Below are positions 1-7,849 of a stretch of 64,000 nt of DNA, one piece after another. The stretch is from the NCBI GenBank assembly GCA_963977015.1, contig CAXBMO010000016.1, positions 32,001 to 96,000 on the forward strand. The letters are read 5' to 3'. This stretch comes from an uncultured bacterium (GTDB lineage: Bacteria > Verrucomicrobiota > Verrucomicrobiia > Verrucomicrobiales > DEV007). The notes under the pieces were generated by a model. The model was not told where the DNA came from, did no database searches, and worked only from the letters and a program-made list of their open reading frames with translations. Numbering within the stretch: the first letter of the stretch is position 1; each line of letters starts with the position of its first letter. Position numbers and translations under genes: made by a program.

Positions 1-628
1 TCCACTCTTTCATCTGTTGCGGATCGAGCGTGGTTTGAGCGCCAATCACGGCGGCGCACCACAGTCGAGTCGACTCCCGGGCGACCGGATCGTCGCTCCC
101 GGGATCGGCAAGATCATCGTGAAATGCCAACCAAAGACTTGAACAGGCCCCGGCCGAACCACCCGCGGCGCCAACGCGCTCCTTGTCCAGATTCCACTCC
201 GCGGCTTTGCTCCGAACAAACTGCAAGGCCCGGGCCGCATCGTGCAACGGCGCCTTCACCGGAGGCTTGATCCCGAACTCGCCCGCCTGACTCACATAGC
301 GATAATTGATCGCAGCGACCGAAATGCCTGCCTCGAGCAACTGGGCGACATCCGCAAACTTGTTGGCGCGTTCCTTCGAGCCTCCCGTCCAACCGCCACC
401 ATGAATGATGAAGGCAAGCGGGGTCGGTTCATCGGACTCCGCTTTCCAGAAATCGAGAATATGCCGTTCATGATCCCCGTAGGCGATTTCCGACAGGGTC
501 GGTTTGGGGACGGTCGGAGCATACTTCCCCGGCGGCTTTGGAGCCTTGGTTGGTTTTTCGGAAGGCGCATTCTGCCCCATCAGTTGGGGAACCAGAAACG
601 CGCTGAGCAATACAAGAATACGGATCAT
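1..628 (-). CDS. Secreted alpha/beta hydrolase (carboxylesterase, BD-FAE/HSL-like), partial, runs off window start
   Basis: Not in the ORF track because it has no stop in the window. Manual translation from ATG 628: MIRILVLLSAFLVPQLMGQ signal peptide, HGGGW oxyanion motif, INYR, GGSAG nucleophile motif. Confidence 0.85.
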   Translation of the reverse strand, partial: MIRILVLLSAFLVPQLMGQNAPSEKPTKAPKPPGKYAPTVPKPTLSEIAYGDHERHILDFWKAESDEPTPLAFIIHGGGWTGGSKERANKFADVAQLLEAGISVAAINYRYVSQAGEFGIKPPVKAPLHDAARALQFVRSKAAEWNLDKERVGAAGGSAGACSSLWLAFHDDLADPGSDDPVARESTRLWCAAVIGAQTTLDPQQMKEW

Positions 629-677
629 GAGATAGGAGGGGTTGTTGGTTAGGAAAGCGAAACAAGAAATCGGGGAT

Positions 678-2426
678 TCACAAACGCGGCTTTGCCGGTT
701 TGACCGGCGCGGCCCAGGCTTGCGCTCCGGTCAAGCCAACCTTGCGTTTGAAAACCTTCGCGCCGCACGTGGCAAACAACGTGTTTTCCCGAAACGCCAG
801 GTTCGAAGGATGACGCTCTCCCGCCGGTGGTGGCACAATCAGGTGGACCCGCCCCGGCATGTCGCAAATCTGAACCCCCATCGCGGTCGCCACGAGCAGC
901 CAGCCATCCTGACTGACACACATTCCATCAGCCTGACTGCGAGTGTCGACCGATCCGGGTGGGATGTGCAGGTGATGGAAGGGCTGAAGGTAAGCCAGGG
1001 TTCCATCGGGACGACGTTGCCCGGACCAGACAAAGCGCCCCGAAAAATCCGCGGCAAAGACCAGCGACTGATCGGTGCTGAGAGCCACGCCGTTGACGCC
1101 GGAGTATCCCTCCCCGGCCACGCTCGCCTCACCGCCACCTGGCGGGATCATCCAAACCTTCCTGGTGCGAGGTTCCGAAAAATAGACCGTTCCATCTTGG
1201 GCGACGACAACGTCATTGGGGGTGACGTCCTTGGCCAAGACACGCATTTCACTCGTCTCGGTGTCCCAGGCCACCAGCGCGCCCGGCACCCGCTGACATC
1301 CATACAACGTCTTGCCGTCGGGACCGAAGGCAAGCCCGTTGGTTCCTCCGGTATTTTCCTGAAACAAGCTGACCTTCCCTTCGGGATCGACTTTCCAGAT
1401 CTTGCTCGCTTCGAGATCGGTAAAGTACAACTCACCAGCTGGACTCACCGCGGGACCTTCGGTAAACGTGTGTCCCTCGCTGACCAACTCCCAATCCTCG
1501 CCATCGACGAGGAACTTCGCGGCATCGCTCCTGGATTGATCGTAGTGAGTCTTCACCTCCGGCGCAGTATCCCAGTTCTGCCAAAGCCAACGCATCGCCT
1601 TGGGGAAAATGGCGTTCCCATGTTTTCGATTGTGCCCGCCTTCACCCCATTCATGGTTCACCTCGTATCCTGCCCATTGAAACGAAGCCAACATGTCCTG
1701 ATTGGCGACCCACCAACTGCCGCAATAGAGATTATTGTCGTTGCGACCATCCTGCAAAAACACGCGCAGCGGCTTGGGCTCCGTCTTGCGAACCAGCACG
1801 GGAAGCTCGTTGCCTCCGCGCAATCCCACATAGGTTCCGACCGTCGTGTAAACCCGCCGAAAGGCATCGGGACGCTGCCACGCCACATTGAACGCGGCGA
1901 TTCCTCCCGAACTGGAACCGCAAATCGCCCGCAAATTCGGATCGTCCGTCACCTTGAGACCATTCAACGCGACCGGCAGCAACTCCTCGAGCAGGAACCT
2001 CGCATAGCGATCATCCACCGCATCGTACTCGAACGAGCGGTTGTAGCGCGCCAGCACCTTGTCACCAGTTTCGGGAACGACTCCGGGATTGACAAAGACC
2101 CCAATCGTCACCGGCATTTCGCCCTTGTGAATGAGGTTGTCGAACGCGGTCGGCACGTTCTTGAGATAACCGCGACCGTCCTGGAACACCATCAACGCAG
2201 CCGGCTTCGCGCCATCGTACTGAGCCGGCGTGTAGACGAAGAACTCGCGCGTCGTTCCCGGAAAAATCCGACTGTCCGTGAACCGATGTTCCGTCACCGT
2301 GCCGGTCGGAACTCCATCCTGCTTCACGGAATCGGGATCGACCGGATACGGCCCTTCGGCGGGTTTCTGCTGGGCGGAAGCGAGCGATACCGACAACGCA
2401 AAAGCGAGGAACAGGGGTTTCATCAT
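678..2426 (-). CDS. Esterase (enterochelin-esterase-like) fused to SMP-30/gluconolactonase beta-propeller
   Basis: Signal peptide; N-terminal half with VFQDG and GSSSGG; C-terminal half with FTEGP, NGLAF, NGVALS and ADGM motifs of SMP-30/SGL. Confidence 0.88.
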   Translation of the reverse strand: MMKPLFLAFALSVSLASAQQKPAEGPYPVDPDSVKQDGVPTGTVTEHRFTDSRIFPGTTREFFVYTPAQYDGAKPAALMVFQDGRGYLKNVPTAFDNLIHKGEMPVTIGVFVNPGVVPETGDKVLARYNRSFEYDAVDDRYARFLLEELLPVALNGLKVTDDPNLRAICGSSSGGIAAFNVAWQRPDAFRRVYTTVGTYVGLRGGNELPVLVRKTEPKPLRVFLQDGRNDNNLYCGSWWVANQDMLASFQWAGYEVNHEWGEGGHNRKHGNAIFPKAMRWLWQNWDTAPEVKTHYDQSRSDAAKFLVDGEDWELVSEGHTFTEGPAVSPAGELYFTDLEASKIWKVDPEGKVSLFQENTGGTNGLAFGPDGKTLYGCQRVPGALVAWDTETSEMRVLAKDVTPNDVVVAQDGTVYFSEPRTRKVWMIPPGGGEASVAGEGYSGVNGVALSTDQSLVFAADFSGRFVWSGQRRPDGTLAYLQPFHHLHIPPGSVDTRSQADGMCVSQDGWLLVATAMGVQICDMPGRVHLIVPPPAGERHPSNLAFRENTLFATCGAKVFKRKVGLTGAQAWAAPVKPAKPRL

Positions 2427-2605
2427 GATGGGAAATGAGAGCGCAGAAATTCAAGGGGGGAAAGTTCCCATTTCCCACCGATGGACATCCCCTGGGTTCC
2501 CCAATCCATGATTGGAGCCGATCCTGAAACCGCCGCCTGCGATTCCGGTAATTGATGTGGACGGTTGACAGGACGCGTGGGGAGTGGATGCTCCCGCCCC
2601 TTTTT

Positions 2606-3769
2606 ATGAAACTCCTGCCCCTGAAAACCCTCCTTACCGCTGTTGCCATCATCGCAGTGCCGACTCTTTCGCATTCCCAGAATCCAACCATGCCCGAAGT
2701 ACCCAAAGACGTAGCCGCTGCACCGGCCGATGCCGCCAAGACCGACTCCGGTCTCGCCTCCAAAGTTCTCCAAGCCGGAACCGGCGACAAGAAGCCGGTT
2801 GCCGCCGATACCGTAACGGTTCACTACTCCGGTTGGACGACTGATGGTGAGATGTTCGACAGTTCGGTCAAGCGGGGTGAGCCCACCAGTTTTCCCTTGG
2901 GCCGCGTCATCGCGGGATGGACCGAAGGCCTGCAATTGATGGTCGTTGGAGAAAAGCGCCGCTTCTGGATTCCCGAAGATCTCGCCTACGGACCCAAGGT
3001 GGAAGGCAGCGGTCGCCCGGGCGGCATGCTCGTGTTCGACGTTGAATTGCTCGAAATCCAGGAAGCGCCAAAACCACCGGAAGGCACCGAGAAAACCAAG
3101 GGCGGCGTGGCTTACAAGGTGACGAAAAAGGGCGAAGGCAAATCTCCCAAGGCGGACCAAATCGTCACGTTTCATTTCACCGGCAAGACCATGGAAGGTC
3201 AGATGGTTCAGGACAGTCGCGCGGAAGGGCAACCACCCAGCGTGCCTCTCGACAAGCTTCCACCAGAGCTCAGCGAATTGTTTACGGAAATGGCTCAGGG
3301 CGAACAGCGCACCTGTTGGTTGCCGGAAGCCCGGATGCCCGGTGGATTCATCGTCGCCGAAATCGAGTTGGTCGCGTTCAAAGACGCCCCCGTTCCTCCG
3401 GACGTCCCGGAAGACGTCGCTGCGGCACCGGCGGATTCTGAAAAGACCGAAAGTGGCCTGGCCCACAAGATCCTCACCGCCGGCAAGGGCAAAGAGAAGC
3501 CAAAAGCCAGCGAAGTCGTGAAGGTGCACTACTCCGGATGGACTCCCGATGGCGAGATGTTCGACAGCTCCGTCGTTCGTGGCGAGCCGTCTCAATTCCC
3601 GCTTGATGGCGTGATCAAAGGCTGGACCGAAGGGCTGCAACTGATGGTCGTCGGCGAGAAGCGCCGTTTCTGGATTCCAGCCGACCTTGCCTACGGTGAG
3701 AATCCCGGTGGAGGACGCCCCGGCGGCATGCTGGTCTTTGACGTCGAGCTGCTCGAGATCGTCCAGTAG
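2606..3769 (+). CDS. Multi-domain FKBP-type peptidyl-prolyl cis-trans isomerase (three FKBP domains)
   Basis: Signal peptide from ATG 2606. Two canonical domains (VHYSGW, FDSS, VIxGWTEGL, IPxDLAYG, LVFDVELL) flank a degenerate middle domain. Confidence 0.93.
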   Translation: MKLLPLKTLLTAVAIIAVPTLSHSQNPTMPEVPKDVAAAPADAAKTDSGLASKVLQAGTGDKKPVAADTVTVHYSGWTTDGEMFDSSVKRGEPTSFPLGRVIAGWTEGLQLMVVGEKRRFWIPEDLAYGPKVEGSGRPGGMLVFDVELLEIQEAPKPPEGTEKTKGGVAYKVTKKGEGKSPKADQIVTFHFTGKTMEGQMVQDSRAEGQPPSVPLDKLPPELSELFTEMAQGEQRTCWLPEARMPGGFIVAEIELVAFKDAPVPPDVPEDVAAAPADSEKTESGLAHKILTAGKGKEKPKASEVVKVHYSGWTPDGEMFDSSVVRGEPSQFPLDGVIKGWTEGLQLMVVGEKRRFWIPADLAYGENPGGGRPGGMLVFDVELLEIVQ

Positions 3770-3827
3770 AGCATTTCAAGTGGTACTGTCGCCAATGGAG
3801 CGAGGAGACTTGGTTTCCTGCAAGGTG

Positions 3828-4860
3828 TTGGACGCGCTGGTCTGAAAGGCCAGAACCTGCCAGCCCGGGGGTGCGCGAGCCCAAGTGAGCAACGCCCCGG
3901 GTCAAGACGCCCACAATCCCAAACGCTGAACGCGCGAGACAACCGCTCCCTCGGAGCCTCAACACGCACGTAGATTCGACTGGCAGTCGAATCCAAACAT
4001 CCCCCAAGCCCGCAATCGCGTTGACCCGATAGAAAGCCCAAGCATTCCCGCCCGGGATGACGCCCCCCTGCCCCGCAGCAAGACTACGGCAACGCCGTTG
4101 CGCACGAACAGCCCGCGGTTGCCAAGCGCAACGCAGGCTACTCTGGGAACTCGAGCCACCAATACATCCAACTCTGAAGGAGTCGCGAAAGCGTTAAGAA
4201 CCCCTTCCGGGATCATCCGCCAACCTGATAAAGTTTCCCGAGAGAGGGCTTCGCTTCCGGCAGGGCTGCCCAAAGCCTTCCGCAATCCCTACAGGATTGA
4301 ATCCGCTCTGGTCCCGGGAACCCCAGCGTAGCCTTCGGCAACACTGGGCTGTTCGTACGAAATCCCGTTGGGATTTACCCATCCGAACCGTCACCTGATT
4401 TGGACGGGACATTTGGACGCGCTGGCCTGAAAGGCCAAAACATGCCAGCCCGGGGTGCGCGAGCTCAAGCGAGCAACGCCCCGGGTCAAGTCGCCTACAA
4501 TCCCAAGCACTGAAAGCGCGAGACAACCGCTCCCCGGAAGCCAAAACACGCAAAGGTAGATTCGACTGGCAGTCGAATCCAACCATCCCCCAGCCCACAA
4601 TCGCGTTGACCCGATAGAAAGCCCAAGCGTTCCCGCCCGGGATGACACCTCCCCGCAGCAAGACTACGGCAACGCCGTTGCGCACGAAAAGCCCAGGGTT
4701 GCCAAGCGCAACGCAGGCTACCCTGGGAACTCGAGCCACCAGCCCGTCCAACTCTGAAGGAGTTGCGAAAGCGTTAGGACCCCATCCGCCAACCCGATGA
4801 AGCTTCCCGAGGGAGGCGGTCACTACCGGCAGGGCCGCCCGAAGCCTTCGGCAACACTGG
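3828..4860. repeat. Tandem duplication (period 585 bp) of a composite REP/REPIN-like hairpin element
   Basis: Copies start at 3828 and 4413 (ttggacgcgctgg). Each has GTAG plus the palindrome GATTCGACT-GGC-AGTCGAATC (3970, 4556), GGCC-TGAAA-GGCC-type hairpins and CAACTC-TGAAG-GAGTTG-type hairpins. Confidence 0.9.
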
Positions 4861-4936
4861 CAGGTTTTCGAAAAACTCCGCGCCGCCTCGAAGCCAGTTC
4901 ATTTGGGCAGGGCAATTTTGCTTCGCGTGGTTTCGG

Positions 4937-5031
4937 TTCCAGCCGACCTTGCCTACGGCGAGAATCCCGGTGAAGGACGCCCCGGCGGCATGCTGGTCCT
5001 TGACGTCGAGCTGCTCGAGATCGTTCGTTAG
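4937..5031 (+). repeat. Direct repeat of the last 95 bp of the FKBP gene (3675-3769)
   Basis: Ungapped manual alignment gives 6 mismatches in 95 nt and ends at the equivalent TAG. Confidence 0.95.
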
Positions 5032-5050
5032 CAGACTCTTCTTCCGGGAG

Positions 5051-6850
5051 TTATTGAATTAGCAGACCCACCATCGCGGCGGCCGCGACAATGACAGCAA
5101 GCATGGCAAAATAGAGAATGCACGCGACTCCGATAAGCGCCGTGTAGCTTTTTCGATTTTGAGTTTGAAGAACCGGCGTTTCTCCTTTTCGAAGTTGCCA
5201 GTAGGGTTCGAGAACTTTGTCGAGATCGCAAGCTCCCCGACGGAACAGCCACTGGATCGGGTTGCGGTAGAAATTGGGTAAGGCGATCGCCTCATAATTT
5301 CCGTCTTCCTTACGACCGAAGGCAAGAAAGAGGGCGTCGTCAATCGTACGGGGAAGTTCACAGTCGAAGTGACTCTCCAAATGAATCCGGAAGTCGTCAT
5401 ACATCGATTGGTCTTGGCAGGTAGCCAACGAAATGAGAACGGTGCCAGGATCCTGAAGCTCAAAAACTCGAACGATCTCCCATTCCAAGCCTTCAGAATC
5501 TCCGGGTTGAATGATGACGTGGGCCGCATTTTGAATCAACTCACGGAGCGCGTCCTGCCAACCGTGATCCGGAAGGTAGAAGCGTTCGGCCCCGCCCGTC
5601 ATAATGCGTTCTCCGGGACGGCCACAGGTCACAAGTCGGCCAATCTTGCGCCACGTGAAGGCGAGTTGCTCCTCCGCCGTGTCCGTTGGTTGGGAAAAAG
5701 CCAGGCGAAGAATCCGGTTCGGGTTGAGATTGGAAATGATGGACCATAGACCGCCCTTGGGCGCCCGAACGCCAAGCAGAATGGCTCCAAACCCTTTGGG
5801 TTCAAAGGACGGCATCTGGTGATCGTCATCGAAAGAACGAAGGACCAACGTATATTGATCTTTCTCCAAATTTGTGGCCTCGACAATCTTCAGCCCAATC
5901 CGGTAACCGAAATACATCAGCAGCGAAGAAAATACAAACCCCAGGGTAATTCCATCTTCGAAGTCATCGCTGACGAGCGTGTACCCAAAGATCAAAAAGC
6001 TAACCGGAAGAGAGAGAATCCCAAGAGTTCGCAGGATGACTCCAATGGGACGATTGCGAAACGGCCGACGATGGGATTGATCTTTTTTCTCCTTGGTCAG
6101 GCCTTTGCGAAACACCTTGAACCGGCTCCAATGAACCGCATTTGATACGAAGATGGTGTAGTAGATCACGGCCCCCACCGCCACCAGTCCGATTGCGATA
6201 CCTCTCGTCAAACCAAGCACCGCGCTCGAACCCTGCGTCGAAATCAAGACCTGGCTACCGATCAAAGCCACGACCGAGATCCAGAACCAGATCGCCAGCC
6301 ATCGTGGACCATGATTGAGGGGGAGCGGCTCCATCGTCTCCGTGACGACTCCTTCACTGGTCACACGGCGGAGCGCCGACAAAAAGGTGTTCTTGCCAGT
6401 TGGTGCAAGCAATGCGGAGTGAGTCTCTCCACCCTTGGTTTCGACTACCAACGGGTAGCCGGCAGACTTATTGGTGGTATTGGGTGGCCGAATCCATGAA
6501 TAAGGCCCGACTTGGGCGGAGCTGATTTCATCGTAGGAAATCAACGTCTTTTCACCAATGCTCTTGATTGAATTCAACGTTTGACGAACCTCGTCTGCGT
6601 CTGACAAATCACAGTCTTCCAGCTTCCACTCCGCCTTTCGAAAGCGGAAAATCAGAATTCCATCGGGAAAGAGGGCTACGATCTGTTGAACGGCCGAAAA
6701 CCGGAGCAGTGAAAAGCCGATCGCGCGATGTCGAATCATTGGCACCCATCGATGCCACGGAATGGGCTCACTTCGCTTCCGTAATCTTGGTTCCGCGCTA
6801 GGCGGCGATTCATCGCCCACTGCCTGGCCACCATCCAAGTCCTGCTTCAT
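5051..6850 (-). CDS. Hypothetical multi-pass membrane protein with conserved cytoplasmic alpha/beta domain
   Basis: Start moved to ATG 6850. About 4 central TM helices plus 1 C-terminal TM helix; LVLRSFDDD...GRPGE...GAERFY...WQ...GLEWE motif set. Confidence 0.75.
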   Translation of the reverse strand: MKQDLDGGQAVGDESPPSAEPRLRKRSEPIPWHRWVPMIRHRAIGFSLLRFSAVQQIVALFPDGILIFRFRKAEWKLEDCDLSDADEVRQTLNSIKSIGEKTLISYDEISSAQVGPYSWIRPPNTTNKSAGYPLVVETKGGETHSALLAPTGKNTFLSALRRVTSEGVVTETMEPLPLNHGPRWLAIWFWISVVALIGSQVLISTQGSSAVLGLTRGIAIGLVAVGAVIYYTIFVSNAVHWSRFKVFRKGLTKEKKDQSHRRPFRNRPIGVILRTLGILSLPVSFLIFGYTLVSDDFEDGITLGFVFSSLLMYFGYRIGLKIVEATNLEKDQYTLVLRSFDDDHQMPSFEPKGFGAILLGVRAPKGGLWSIISNLNPNRILRLAFSQPTDTAEEQLAFTWRKIGRLVTCGRPGERIMTGGAERFYLPDHGWQDALRELIQNAAHVIIQPGDSEGLEWEIVRVFELQDPGTVLISLATCQDQSMYDDFRIHLESHFDCELPRTIDDALFLAFGRKEDGNYEAIALPNFYRNPIQWLFRRGACDLDKVLEPYWQLRKGETPVLQTQNRKSYTALIGVACILYFAMLAVIVAAAAMVGLLIQ

Positions 6851-6983
6851 GGAATGAGAAGTATCTGACTTTGCTCCCTTTGTGAAGTCCAAAACTGACT
6901 TCACAATTGAATTCCCCGACTCCCCCTGTCTTCTCCGGAAAACTTTTCTGGCGTTTTCAGTCCCCCACGGAAATCTTGGTGTC

Positions 6984-7460
6984 ATGACAGTTCGCGCCAT
7001 CCCCCAGGGTCTGTTTACCTGGAATTTCGAGATTCGGAAAGCCGATAACGTGGTGGGAATGACCACCTACCGGATCTTCGGGGAGTCGGGAGAACTCAGC
7101 CTGGGCGAGCGGCAGTTCGTGGTCGAACGGCAGGGCCCCCTGAGCGGGCAATGGCGCCTGGCTCAACGCAACGGACCAGAGTTGGCGGTCGCGCAGAAGG
7201 CCAATGCGTTCACCCGGCGAATCGAAATGAAGTGGCTCGAAGCCGGGAGCGTCCTGACGATGGAAGGCGTCAATCCCTGGTCCAGAACGATGAAGATCAC
7301 GGCCAACGGAAATCTCCTCGGGAGGATCGTGCCGGATCATTTGTTCACCCGGAAGTCGACCCTGGAATTCGGCGAAGACGTTCCCATGGAGATTCAGCTA
7401 TTTTGCCTGTGGCTGGCCGTGATGTTGTGGCGGAGAGCCGCGAACAACAGCAGCGGTTAG
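6984..7460 (+). CDS. Hypothetical protein (LURP-one/scramblase/tubby-C-like beta barrel)
   Basis: Repeated beta-strand pattern ending in a hydrophobic C-terminal helix (IQLFCLWLAVMLW); ATG 6984. Confidence 0.65.
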   Translation: MTVRAIPQGLFTWNFEIRKADNVVGMTTYRIFGESGELSLGERQFVVERQGPLSGQWRLAQRNGPELAVAQKANAFTRRIEMKWLEAGSVLTMEGVNPWSRTMKITANGNLLGRIVPDHLFTRKSTLEFGEDVPMEIQLFCLWLAVMLWRRAANNSSG

Positions 7461-7468
7461 ACGTCCCG

Positions 7469-7825
7469 TTACTTGAAGCAGAAGTCGTCTTGCCTGAGGA
7501 GCTCGAATGCCCCATTCGGGCCGACGTGGTAAATCTCGAGGCAAAACTCTCCGATCCCAAGAGAGCGAAAGGCGACCTTTTCCCCTTCGTGACCGCCCGG
7601 CAGTGCCTTGAGCAGCACACCATCCCGCGCTCCTTCCAACCACATGAAGTCGGGTTGGCCTTCAATGGTGATTCGTCCCACCTCAACCAAGCCGGAGAGA
7701 ACTTGAACTTTGGAACCCACATCATCGACATAGGCAAACGAAGGTTCCGGTTCCGCGAAACCCGTGAGGTCGATTTCATAGTCGGCCCCCCGCGTGATCG
7801 AGAGAAGTTGAATGGGCGTTTTCAT
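7469..7825 (-). CDS. Hypothetical protein (118 aa)
   Basis: Only the 3' part of the 7469-8818 ORF fills the intergenic gap. Protein-like composition from ATG 7825 (MKTPIQLLSITRG). Confidence 0.55.
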   Translation of the reverse strand: MKTPIQLLSITRGADYEIDLTGFAEPEPSFAYVDDVGSKVQVLSGLVEVGRITIEGQPDFMWLEGARDGVLLKALPGGHEGEKVAFRSLGIGEFCLEIYHVGPNGAFELLRQDDFCFK

Positions 7826-7849
7826 GTCTGAAGAAGCAGGTTTATTTGG

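Noticed and set aside
642-2438. Long antisense ORFs (also 2423-3640, 16591-18549, 26260-28011, 44262-46004, 50724-52073 and others)
   Set aside because: They are shadow frames opposite motif-supported genes, as expected in GC-rich DNA.
3615-4823. ORFs inside the repeat array (3959-4285, 4194-4823 and others)
   Set aside because: They translate palindromic repeats, the frames are not preserved between the two copies, and no transposase motif is present.
3828-4860. CRISPR array
   Set aside because: Only two long units, no short repeat with unique spacers, and no cas genes in the window.
3675-5031. Diversity-generating retroelement TR/VR pair
   Set aside because: The mismatches are not confined to adenines of one copy, and there is no reverse transcriptase in the window.
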